This document shows, one piece after another, positions 14,605-26,369 of a stretch of DNA of 64,000 nt. Under the pieces are notes generated by a model. That model did not search any database. It had not been told where the DNA came from and worked only from the letters and a program-made list of their open reading frames with translations. A program made the position numbers and the translations under genes. The stretch covers positions 94,986,001-95,050,000 of the forward strand of contig NW_024704743.1 of assembly GCF_018977255.1 (NCBI RefSeq), read 5' to 3'. This stretch comes from Callorhinchus milii. Its lineage: Eukaryota. Position 1 is the first letter of the stretch. Each line of letters begins with the position of its first letter.

Positions 14605-15420
14605 TGTCAACCTGGCTCGGTTGATAGCACTCTTGCCTCTAAGTCAGAAAAGTGTGGGTGCATGCCCTATGTCAGGACTTCAAACTCATAGAATTCATAC
14701 TGACACTCCAACGTAGTGCTGGGGTGTGTGCTCTGTCTGCCTTTCAGTAGATGTTAAAGATCCCATGGCACTATTTGAAAAGAGGAAGCAGTTTTTCCTG
14801 ATGTCCTGGCCAGCCATTCACAAAATAAAACTGGTCATTCACTTCATGGCTGTTTGTGGGACATTTGCTGTGCACAAATTGACTGTCGCCATCACCCACA
14901 AAACACAGTCACACCATTTTGTAGTACACCATGTGAAGTGCTTTGAAACGTCCTCCTGACATGAAATGCAAAATATTACAAAATGAAATGACTCTGGAAG
15001 ATGTTTCTGACAGATTACTTTAATGGGTGTTACATGAAGAATAGACAGGTTGATTCAATTGATTCTATTCTCAACCTCTGAGCCAGAACATTGTGGGTTT
15101 AAGTTGTGTGATGGCACTTGAGTCTAGGTGCAGTGCAGGGAGAGAGTTCTGCTGCATTGTCGGAGGTGCTGTCATTCAGATGAGGCTTTAAACTGAGATC
15201 CTGCCTGCTTGTCGAGTAGACAATAAAGAATCCATAAGACTGAACGAAAAGGGCATTTTATTTAGTGTTCTAGTCGCCAATTCTCCAGATTAATTCAATC
15301 ACTCATGCTATTTGTGGGTCTATGCTAAGGCATGGTTTGCTCATGAAAACAGTCACTACACAGGAGACTAAGTACCTGTGAAATGCTTTTTGTTGCAATA
15401 AAGTGCAAATTATTAATAAA
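14605..15420 (+). mobile_element. Two tandem DeuSINE copies (~14605-14975 and ~15055-15420)
   Basis: Each has a tRNA-like head, Deu core (AAAGATCCCATGGCACTATTTG; CAGATGAGGCTTTAAACTGAG) and tail. Confidence 0.7.
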
Positions 15421-18400
15421 ATATTATTATTTTCTTTAACAGATGAAGATTAGTAACATTATGAATTTTATTCAATACTGTATTTTGCTGAGAAAACACA
15501 CCAAGTAAGCCAACTAAAAGATAGTTCCTATGGTAGAAAGCATCATAAATCACATGTTTAATGAAAAAAGTGGAATAGAATCTATAAGCCTAGTCTAATG
15601 TATGAATTTATGAATTGACGAATAATTTTAGGCAATGGTAAATCTACATCAATAGATATAAATATAAGATTGGCTATTTTTGGCTAATAATAATTTTGTT
15701 AGGGTACTTATAAACAGTGAAAACAGAATATAAACAGAATATAAACAGTGAAAATGTCATAAATGTTCATTGCACGCTAACAGGCAAACTGAAATTACGG
15801 TCTGTGAGATAAATCTGCCTTATCCGATAAAAACAATATTAAAGCAGAAGTTGTTGCCTTGCTATGTATACATACATAAGAACCTCTGCTGGATTTACAT
15901 CTCTCCCAAGTAAGTGAGATCAGTGCTCAAGCAAGTCTAAACTCAGCAAATTCGTCTTTTGCCAATATTACACAGTAGCAGAAATATAACAGTGACAAAT
16001 GATTACAATACAAATGATTTTATCTGGACCTGCCACATATTAGTCAATATTTATCGGCATTTATTTTGTTAAGGACTGCCTCTCAGATTGTGTTGTCGCC
16101 TGCAACAGAGGGTTGAATTCTCCCCCTTTGATTTAGAAATGAGGGGGCAGGAAATAACACTGTCATCTCTGGTATGTACAGGTTCAATGCACTGTTAACT
16201 ATCACTTGCTGAACTAGACTTGCTGGAGTATGCATCTCAGAAATATGTGACTGCTGGTAGCTTGGTGCAATTTTTCCCAGTCTTTAGGTCCTTCAAGAAA
16301 ATACCAGATGCAATACTGTGAGGTGTGCAGTTAAGCCCAATAACACACTATTACTAGAAAGCTTAGATAAGCCTCATGTGAAGTAATCCACAGACATTTA
16401 GAAATTGTAGCAAACATACTAAGAAAATGGAATGCTAAGAAAATGGTGATTTCACCATTTATAATTACCATAAGCTGCCCAACTTTGTAAATTCAGATCA
16501 AGTCTTGATGTACGTGAGCTTTGTTTCAGTGCCCATACTTTAAGTTGACATTAATGGTTATTCGCATTTGTTTGAAAAAGAAATAACAAGAATGAGTAAT
16601 AGAAATACATTCAATTGGGCTACCAGACGTAGTGGGATTATTTGCCTTTAAATATAGTCATTATTTTTAAAAAGGTAAAATATTGCTACTTCTGTAAACA
16701 AAATGTAGATAATAGACATTTTGATTATTCAGATTACAAAATTAGTCATTTCACTTTATTGTTGTCTGTGGGACCATTTCTGGCTGCTCTGTTCACCTAT
16801 AAAATACAGTCACTACATTTCACAGGAAGTGCTTTGAGACATGCTCCTGACATATATATCCAATATATACTACAATTTTGAAAGAAAACTAAACAGTGAT
16901 CTGATCATGTTTCACCCACAATGACCGGACAAGAAAGGGTAAATGTAATATGATGAGTTCAATTTAACTGAGAGTAAATTACAAGGAAAGAATAATGAAA
17001 AGGGAAATGTTACTTTTGAATGTAGCAGGCAGCACTTAAGGCACAAGCATAAAAATGTCACAAATTAACACATGAGTTGCCTTCAATCAAAATCTTTCAT
17101 TCAGAATTTTTTTAAAACTTTTTTTGTTGTTGTTTGGATTACTTTAGGGGATTGAGAGTAATATCAAAAACAGAATCCTATCCAAATCTACAAACAAAAG
17201 GATAATGGGAATAGAGGGTCTCGGGTCTTCCAGAAAATGAACGTGGAACATGAGAAAGGTTGAAGAAACATGAACAGTACATTGGAGTATGGCACATAAC
17301 TTGCAGGGAAACAATGACAAGATGCTTTGAGATATCTCTCCAGAAGAAAGGGGCACACCACAGAAGAATTAACACCTTAACAGTGTGCTGGGGCAGACAT
17401 AGGTGTTATGGTAATAGAATAAATAGTAATAATAATAATAATAATAGTAGTAGTACAATAAACACAGTGAGTAACTGGCTGCCAGCCTGCCTAGGTAACA
17501 ATTTGCAATATTTTTAAATTGAATTGCAATAACATACTGCACATGCAATTTTTTTCACCCATCATTGCAGGACAAAGAAGCTGACAATAGAGGCTGACCG
17601 GAAAAGATTGCCCATCGGAAACCTTTTGTTGGTCTGATTGTTGAAGCCTTTTGTCAGTATGGTTTCTGCTGCTAAATTACTCAGTGTTTTAATGGAAAAA
17701 AGAAAATGGAAATTATGTACTGCAGGCATATGTTACCCATGTTATAGGCGGTGCAGTAATGAACCTTATTGACCCGGCAGGAATCTGAAGCACACACTGC
17801 TGGTGGCCTAGTGTAATTGACAATCACGGTTGACAAACAAGGTCTGCGTTACTAAATAATTTTGCTGAAAGTCTGCTTATACCAGGTTGCTACGGTTTGC
17901 AATGCATGGCAAACTTATAGATAGACATTAGAAACTCTTGAAATATTTGTCAGGCACGGTATGAATAAAACATTGGGACGTCCACATCACAAAGTTATAA
18001 CGTGAAAGTGTACCTAAGAGGTTTGGAAGCTGTGAAGACTTTTGTGTGACACAGTGAGTGCTTTGCAGTTACTTGTAGAACTTGGGAGTTGAATACAGCA
18101 GTTGTGACACACCACTAACTCTACTTATTGGGGGGTAAATTGGAAGAAATTTATAAAGCTGCGTCACAATTAGAACGACAGCAAACAGCTACAAGGACTA
18201 TCTATATTTATAAATTATTAAGTTTAAAATCTGTTTAGCATTCTTAACATGACCATTGAATATATCGGTTTTCTTAGAAATTAGCATATGTTTGTATTCA
18301 GATGGCGGGCAGTGGTTGTTGATTTCAGCTATACCCCCTTCATAATCTCTAATTAAAGCAAGCACAAAACAATGGCCAAAAAATCCAATGGTTCTTAACA

Positions 18401-18529
18401 GACTCAATGCATTAATGCACCAATGGGCCTGTAATTCCACTTAGGCTTAGTCTGTGAAGACCATTTTATCTTACATTCTAAGACTGTGCAGAATTGAGAA
18501 CAATTCTCAAATCAAGTGAGAAGGTCGAG

Positions 18530-19145
18530 ACTTGAGTGTAAGGTCCAGCCATATACTCCGGAACAATGCGATGAGAATGCTGCATTGTTGGAGCTGCCAT
18601 CCTTTCAATTAGATATTAACAACAACAACTTGCATTTATATAACGCTCTTCACAAGGGGGGAGCATCCTGGAGTACTTGGCATGAGCGGAGTCTGACACA
18701 GAGCCAGGGGGAGAGGTAGGGGGGGAGTGAACGTAAGCACGATCAAAAAGGAAGGTCTTTTGGCGGGATTTGAAGTTAGGGAGGGAGGGGCAAAGCAGAG
18801 GGATTCAGGGAGAGAGTTCCAGAGTTTTGGGGCATAGTGGCTGAAGGCACAGCCACCGATGGTGGAGTGGAGGGGATGAGGGACAAACCGGGATTAAACC
18901 AAGGTCTGGTCTGTCTGTTCAGATGGACATTAAAGATTCCCAATGACACTATTCAAAAGAGAAGGAGCTTCTCTCGGTGCCCTGGACAATAATCCTCCAC
19001 AAAAATTTGTCATTCCCTTCATGGTTGCTGTGTGCAAATTGGCTGGCTGGAAAAACACAGTCACCAAATTTGACAGCTATTACTTATAAAGCGCTTTGAA
19101 ATGTTTGCCATCAGAGGTACTATATTAAATGCAAGGATCATTATT
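18530..19145 (+). mobile_element. DeuSINE interrupted by an antisense L2 3' fragment (~18619-18890)
   Basis: The Deu core breaks at ..TAGATATTAA and resumes at ATTAAACCAAGGTC. The insert begins with (CAA)n and the reverse-complemented L2 tail. Confidence 0.7.
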
Positions 19146-21637
19146 GAATTGAAGCTAAAAGTGAGGCATAAATAAGGTTTAGGGGCATTGATCTGATTCT
19201 GAGCTGCTCCTGAAACGTAGGTAGTTTACAGGCTGTAAAGCTTACCGTGGGTAAGAACCACGAATCCACCAAGCAGCTATAATGCACACCTTCTTGGAAC
19301 CCACCTTTTTACTGCTTCACAAGTGTTTTTTAGTCGCTGCAGGATAATTTATTAAGGTGAATGTAGTTCACTACAGCTAGGTCTTTTTCTCTCACCATCC
19401 ATATATCTTTCAGCCTTTTCAATGCATATCACAACACTTAAGCACATAATAAATCTGTTCTTGCAGAGTACCTATGTGTTATGTACTGGCCACATGGTTT
19501 ACATGCAGCACAGATCTAGGATCACCATTTGATTTGAATGTCTAAGTAAACTTATTTAGTTGCATTGGCGATCATCTAGTAATGTTCGGAAATCAGATAC
19601 AGATCAGATGATGTAAATGGGAAATATTAGGAAACTATGATGTATATCTTTAAGCTGAGGTAAGTATGTGTCTACTGTATTTCAAAAAGCAAATATTAAT
19701 TATATTTTAGACCTGCTAGAAATTACAACCTTAAATGCTCTGAATTGATAATTATGCAGCATAGTGCTCGTCTATCTTAGTATTTTTGATCTTCAGAGAA
19801 CAGAGACACGAACATGACAGCAGTTTAGTATCGGGGAATAAGCCCAACATTATCACCAGGACCATTTTCATCATACTGCACTTTAGTTGCCACTTTCAAA
19901 CGATGGAAAGCTCTGGATAGGCCTCCGTTGGTGGTGGGATGAGAGTGAACCTGAGAGGAGTATAACGAAGAATTCATTGCTGGCAGTAGGGGGAGCGACA
20001 TTTGCAATGTTATAGCTGCACTATTCATGGGAGAAATGATAAGTCAGGCATTGGCCTGGCCACACAACACAATACGCCTCTATAAATCCCACAGGACAGG
20101 AATGTGTGCTTTAAACCCACCTGGGTGGCTAAATGAATAGAAAATAGGTGAATATTCCAAGCAGATTTAGATGGCTGGGGAGTAAACTTGGAGGAAGGAA
20201 TTTGTGGGCAAAGAGCCATGGATCCCAGCCACACGTGCTTTAGGGGAAGAATAATAAATGGAAATTACAAATGGGAAACACTTTTAATGATCGCAGGCTG
20301 CAGCCTGGATGCTGGGATGGCAGGGGCACCAGTCTGTGCTGCCGAGGTTACTTACGCAAGAGCTTTGCCCTGATTTCAATCAGCCCCAATAGGGACAAAG
20401 GCTTCTCACACATGAGAGCTTTTCAGTCGATCACCGTTAGCTCACAAGGAACAGAGATATATGAGCGCAATAATGTATTGAGGGGGGGAATGCTAATTGG
20501 AACGGTTCCAATCAAGAAGAAAACATTTTGCCAGTAACTTAGAGCAAGCCCTGTAACCCTCTTAAAAGATCAGAGTTAGAATGGTCAGGACTGTGAAATT
20601 GAACAGATGTGAGCTCAGACCACTGGCTAACTTGTTTTGCACCAGAACAAGACCTGGGGATTTACATTTAGAACATTTAGAGAGATTCCTCACAAGCCAC
20701 AGATTGAAGATCAGAGGCGCTGGTCTAGAACAGGCAGCCACATTTCCGTGACCATCTGACACCTTAGATTTAGAAAAATAATACTTTGCCTACAGCATAC
20801 GTTTCGTGCTTAAGCCGGTAGGTAAAAATATTCCTGGGAAATTTCCTGGCTTCAGTTGTTGACCTCCCCCTCCCCTCTCCCCTACACCCCCTCCCCCCTC
20901 CACACACACACACACACATCCATGCCGCCCCCCCCACCATCCCCACCCCCTTACACACACAAACACACACGCCATGTCATTAAATTGGTGAGTTTTGTTT
21001 AGCAAAATCAGATTGTTCCATTTGTTAGATGTATATAGACAGATAACCACCTTTTTGGGGAAGAACATAATGTTGGTCAATTACTAATCCGGACAGGCTC
21101 TTTTGTCTGTTTCACGTGGTCACGGTTCCTGAGATCCTGTAATGTTATGACATTTGCAGACCGGCTTCAGATAGTGTTTAGCAGACATCTTTTGTAGGGC
21201 TTTCTTTAACACACCACTGTGGACCTCCTGTAGGAGTCACAACCCCAGGAAGCTATTAATCCAACAATCTAGAAAAGCACATATTTTATGGGAGCAGAAT
21301 AGGCTCCCATTTGACTTTGGCTCGGGATTTCCGGATCAATAAGGATCTTGCTGCATTCACCCTTTTTATCTGGGGATTTGTTGCAAAGCTGTGAATGACT
21401 TTTGTTGGTGTGGGGTAATGAATTGAATGCAAAGACGCCTCGCCACATTGATAGTGCAGAACCCACAGAGTTATGCAAATATGGATAAATTAATAAAACG
21501 TTAATTTATGCAGATAGATTGAATATTATTGAAATGCTATGGCTTTCGTATTTGCTAGTGCTGTAGCGATTTGAATGCCTTTAAAAAGTTTCTCTGATTT
21601 TCTTAAACCATCAGCATCCTATATATTTTAATCGCTT

Positions 21638-21815
21638 CAACAACAACAAGAAGATTCCATTTATAGAGCGCCTTTCACGTCGGGAGGATGTCCCAGGGCG
21701 CTGTACAGTTGGGTCAGGACCCGAGCAGGGGGGACATGGTCAGGGTAAGGGAAGGGAGGGAGCGAGGAGGGGGTAGAGAGTCGAAAGGGGAGCTGAAGGC
21801 ACGGTCAAAGAGAGC
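21638..21815 (-). mobile_element. Young L2 3' terminal fragment
   Basis: Reverse complement of the last ~175 nt of 58940-59478, with a (CAA)n tail. Confidence 0.85.
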
Positions 21816-22559
21816 TTCCTCAATGCTCAAGTACAAAACCTGAATGTTATGTCATAAAGTGTCATGAAGGGACAAGGATACGATACAAGAAAACAGATGA
21901 CTTTGGATATGTTGGAACTGCAGAACAAGATCTTAAAAGCAGTGGATTATCACTGTGATATTTCAGTGCCCCGGGAATAACGTATTTAATCCAGCCCAGA
22001 GTACACATGGTCTCAGAGCCACATTTTGACTCTATTTAGAATCCATTAAAAATGCAATGCGGCCTACGGTACATTGAAATGAGTGTATCATTCGGATAAT
22101 AACTTCTATGTTTTAATGCCGCAATAGTGTTAAGTGTGACACAATCCAGGCGAATTCATTCCAGCAATGTTGCTTCCACAATGTGTGTCATCTGATGCAA
22201 TTGAAAGGAGAGAAAGTCTTAATAACAAAACGTCATTGTTACCAAGACATTAACAAGACAATCTGGTAATTTTCAACTATGGTAATATCAGCTGAATAAT
22301 CATTTCTTTGTTTCAATGCATCAACAGTATTAATGGAAAAGAATCGCCTTTAATTCACACAACAGCCAGTACAGTGCTGATTAGACTATGTGTCTCATCG
22401 GATGCAACTGCAGGGGCAATAAAACGTTACGAAAGTTTGTGCCATCATCTGAAGATTGTATTGTTCATCCACCTTCATAAATCCGTGCATGTGAAAGATG
22501 AGGAGAGAGAGAGAGAAAAAAATATTTTGTGAGGACAGACTTTTTTTTTCTGTGAGAGA

Positions 22560-22715
22560 TCCATTCACCCAGAGAGAGAAGCGTGGTCACAGAATTAGCA
22601 GTTTCAGCTCAGCAGAAGTCGCTAGGCTGTGAAGGAAAGAGAAATTGACTAATTAGCAATGCGCACTAAAACTTGACGGTTCTTTATAAAGGGGACTGCT
22701 TTTCTAAGATGTTTG
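22560..22715 (+). promoter_or_regulatory. Candidate KLHL14 core promoter
   Basis: TATAAA at 22685-22690 and a homeodomain-type palindrome CTAATTAG at ~22649. The region is repeat-free and CpG-retaining, directly upstream of the inferred exon 1. Confidence 0.45.
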
Positions 22716-23189
22716 ACTGCGCAGTCATTTACGCACGACAATTTTACAATAGCCTTGAGCCATAATTTTAAAACTCTCTCCAGCATCCAACCCCTCCATG
22801 GTCACTCTTCACTGGCGATGCACGACCGTTTCTCTCCCCAACCGTGGATTTCCTATTACTCTTGTTACGACTCACTGCATCCCAGGCCCAAGGATAATGA
22901 TGTGTTGTTTCTTGGTAGCATAATTTGTCACACGTACATTTTTTTTGCGAAAGCTGCTCTCAGACTTCTTGCTGTTGCTAATTCTGGAGACAGTATATCA
23001 AATGATGAACGACAAAAAAATCTCGCAAGCGTAACTGCTGAAGTTGCACGCGTGGAGCTTGATCGGCTACGGATTTTTCTGGGGGGGATCGAAGCAAAAA
23101 AAAGAAAGAGAGGGAGAGAAAATTATATGAAAACAAAAGTGGGGGATCTGATTTAAGTGGACTCGACTTTTGCAAGCCAGTGCATACAG
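22715..23189 (+). other. KLHL14: Probable non-coding (5'UTR) exon 1 of KLHL14
   Basis: The first coding exon begins at a splice acceptor, so an upstream exon is needed. There is a perfect donor CAG|GTAAGT at 23189/23190 and TATAAA at 22685-22690 about 30 nt before the inferred start. The start coordinate is inferred. Confidence 0.6.
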
Positions 23190-23359
23190 GTAAGTTTGTG
23201 GCCTCGCCTGCCTGTCTGGGTTGGTGATGAGTGGGAAGGAAGCACAGGGGAGATGAGGCTGTGACAGGTAGTCTGGTGAATAAACAGCAATGTGAGAAAT
23301 TATAGGCTCGGGAGCTTGATCAGACAGGAGCTGCTGCTGATGTTTAAAAGGAGAGCCGT

Positions 23360-23420
23360 GCATGTGTGTGCATGTGTGTGTGCATGTGTGTGTGTGTGCA
23401 TGTGTGTGTGTGTGTGTGTA
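23360..23420. repeat. (TG)n / CATG(TG)n microsatellite in intron 1
   Basis: Seen directly in the sequence. Confidence 0.9.
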
Positions 23421-23751
23421 AGAAAAAACACTATGAAGCTCGATAACATTACTTGTAAGGCGCTGCTTCCGATTTTTTTTTCCAAGTTTAATTCTGTTAC
23501 AGATTCCGATCTGACCCTTGACGCTTCTTAATAACACCCACGTTCGCTAAACAACTGTGTGGCTCTTTTATCGGACTGAGCGATCGTATTTTTTTTGGAA
23601 TGGGGGGTGGGGGGGGGGGGGGGGTTGGTGTTGGTGGTGGTGGTGATGGTGATGGGAGGGGGGGGGGAGAAAATAAAATAAAACACCATTAAGCAACATG
23701 AAACTTTGGCTGTCTGATTTGCGTGGCGTTTTAGAGCGAAAAAAAAATTTG

Positions 23752-23823
23752 TAATGATGATCATAATAATAATAATAATAATAATAATGATAATAATAAT
23801 GATAATAATGATAATAATAATAA
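23752..23823. repeat. (ATA/ATG)n trinucleotide microsatellite
   Basis: Seen directly in the sequence; source of the poly-Ile ORF on the minus strand. Confidence 0.9.
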
Positions 23824-24116
23824 AGAACCGAGTGCAGAGCGACGGATTTCTGTGCAGATTATTATAGGGGATAAATCTCAAGGGGTGGCTAGTGCTGGGG
23901 CTACTGGGGCCAGTGCTGGGGCTACAGTGGCGATGTGGAGATTATAGATTAACCAAATACAAGGGCTCGCCACGCAGGGAAGGTTTCGCGCACAGCGGAC
24001 CATCCTTTTTGTAGCCACAATAAAACAACTAACATGGGGGGGGGGGGTTTGGGGGGGTTTAAATGGAGTGTGGATTGGAGAAATCTGGTTGTACTCACGT
24101 GAAAATATTTTGTCGT

Positions 24117-24317
24117 GGGAGAGAGAATGGGAAACAGAGAGAGAGAGAGAGAGGGGAGAGGGGAGAGAGGGAGAGGGAGAAGGGGGATGGGGGGGGGAGG
24201 TTGGGGATGGGATGGGGGAGAGAGAGAGAGAAAGAAGGAGAGAGAGAGAGAAAAAAAAGAGAGAGAGAAGAGAAAGGGGTGGTTGGAGGAGGAGGGTGGG
24301 GGGAGGGGGGGGGGGGT
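24117..24317. repeat. Polypurine (GA)n / G-run low-complexity tract
   Basis: About 200 nt of almost only G and A, immediately upstream of the branch point of the first coding exon. Confidence 0.9.
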
Positions 24318-24389
24318 CAGGATTGACTGTGAATCTGACCGTGTGTGAAATGTGTGCCTTTTTTAGGTGGTGTGAAAAAGTTAGGTACC

Positions 24390-25240
24390 ATGTCAAGATC
24401 TGGTGACAGGACCTCCACCTTCGACCCGACACACAGCGACAGCCTCCTCCACGGCCTGAACCTGCTGTGGAGAAAGCAGCTCTGCTGCGATGTGACTCTG
24501 ACAGCCCAGGGACAGCAGTTCCACTGCCACAGGGCAGTGCTGGCTTCCTGCTCCCAGTATTTCCGCTCCATCTTCTCCAACAACCAGCGCAAGGACAGCA
24601 CCCACGAGCCGGGCAGCCGGACCCCCTCCTCCCCGGCCGAGGAGCTCTCCAGGTCCATCAACAACATCGTGCTGCAGGGCTGCTCGGCCCCCGGGGTGTG
24701 CCTGGTGCTGGAGTACATCTACACGGCCAACATGACCCTCTCGCTGGACACGGTGGAGGACGTGCTGTCGGTCAGCAAGATCCTCCACATCCCCCCGGTC
24801 ACCAAGCTGTGCGTCCAGTTCCTGAACGACCAGATCTCGATGCAGAACTACAAGCAGATCTGCCAGATCGCCGCCATCCACGGGCTGGACGAGACCAAGA
24901 AACTGGCCAACAAGTACTTCGTGGAGGACATCCTGCTGCTCAATTTCGAAGAGGTGTGCGCCATGATGGACTCGATGCCGCCACCTGTGGAGTCGGAGCT
25001 GGCTCTCTTCCAGATGTCCGTGCTGTGGATCGAGCACGACCGGGACCCCCGCATGCATCACGCCCCCGACCTGATGAAGCGCCTCCGCTTCGCCCTCATC
25101 CCCGCGGCCGAGCTGGTGGAGAGGGTCCAGACGGTGGACTTTATGCGGACTGACCCCGTCTGCCAGAAGCTGCTGCTGGATGCCATGAACTACCACCTGA
25201 TGCCCTTCAGGCAACACTGCAGGCAAACCCTGGCCAGCAG
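24390..25240 (+). CDS. KLHL14: Kelch-like protein 14, first coding exon (BTB + BACK domains)
   Basis: The ATG at 24390 gives MSRSGDRTSTFDPTHSDSLLHGLNLLWRKQLCCDVTLTAQGQQFHCHRAVLASCSQYFRS...MRTDPVCQKLLLDAMNYHLMPFRQHCRQTLAS, recognisable as vertebrate KLHL14. Acceptor ttttttag ends at 24366 (exon starts 24367), with a CTGAC branch-like motif ~30 nt upstream. Donor CAG|GTGAGT at 25240/25241, phase 2. Confidence 0.97.
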
Positions 25241-26369
25241 GTGAGTGAGCAGCACCCGGGCTCTTAGTTACTGGGGGGGGGGGGGGGGGGGTGGGATAAC
25301 ACAGCTAAATGCTAACTGATGGGGAGGCTGTGTGTGTTGAGGAGGGGGGGGTGGGGGTGTGGGTGGGGGGGGATCGCGTCCAGTGGAATTATTTATTTTC
25401 TTTGCCCTGATTTCGGGGAATCGATCCACCCACCCAGGGGCAGGTGTCACTGACGTTTACTTTGTTGACCAAAAAAAAGTTGACGAGGAAGAAAACTTTG
25501 GACGTCGGCTTGGGGGGGTTCATATTGCCCCGAGTTCCCAAGTCACTTCCCGAAAGTTGCCCCCCTCCCAACCCCCCCCCCCCACCCCCCGGAGAGACAG
25601 TGAACTCGTTTTTTTTTGTAGGGGTTAAAAAAAAAAGCAGGACCACTTGCAAGTAAGCTTTGGGATGAAGGTAAGGTCAGGGACCTGACATCAAAACAGA
25701 GACCGTTTCAAAAATATATGTTGGTCATGTTGGTCAGTCACACTGCAAAAAGAGCTCTGAGCTCGTTGTCCTACCTGTCCTGGGGTCCCAGGGTGTATTG
25801 CTTACCTGCTGCTCTGTAAAAGGGCCTCTCTCAATAACTTTCAGTCATTGCCCGTTTCCAGTCATCAACTTTTTATATGCATTCAGATCAGCTCCAAGTA
25901 CTGCGGTTCCAAGATCCGATGACATTCACTGGAACCTTTTTTTTTCCATGGTTTAATGTAAATGAGCCGTACAAAAAGAATAGGCAGTACTGAGCGACAC
26001 AGAGGAACGTAGGACATGCTGGACAGAAAGAAACAAGGTCCATCCAGTTCGCCTTCCACCATCCTGGCAGTCCCATGCAAGTGTCCTGTCCTAAGCTCCT
26101 CATACACTGTTTGTTCTGTAAGTCTATGCTCCATATAGGGCAAAACCAAGTGGTGAACTTGATCCAAATACTAAACTTCAGTTACATGCATAAACTAGAG
26201 TTCATCTTTAGCATTAGATTATAGCAGTGTTTTGGGTTTGCCTACTATCTGTTATTTCCTGAGGCTCTTGCAGCTTCACAGTAGAACAACGACAAAAGTC
26301 CTGGGCTTGATCAAAATCTTTGTACAATGCCTGATATATTTTATGGTATTACACTTTGAGACAAACCTA

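Noticed and set aside
1..22500. Exons of a neighbouring upstream gene
   Set aside because: I found no recognisable coding exon; very short or divergent exons could have been missed by eye.
23002..23151. Box C/D snoRNA (ATGATGA at ~23002 with downstream CTGA)
   Set aside because: Box spacing is atypical, there is no convincing terminal stem, and it lies in an inferred exon.
24345..24389. N-terminal extension MKCVPFLGGVKKLGT in the ORF track
   Set aside because: It starts at a GTG inside intron 1 and crosses the acceptor at 24366; the conserved start is the ATG at 24390.
24393..25226. 277-aa antisense ORF and 228-aa alternative-frame ORF over the KLHL14 exon
   Set aside because: Expected shadow ORFs of a coding exon with very high third-position GC; no recognisable protein features.
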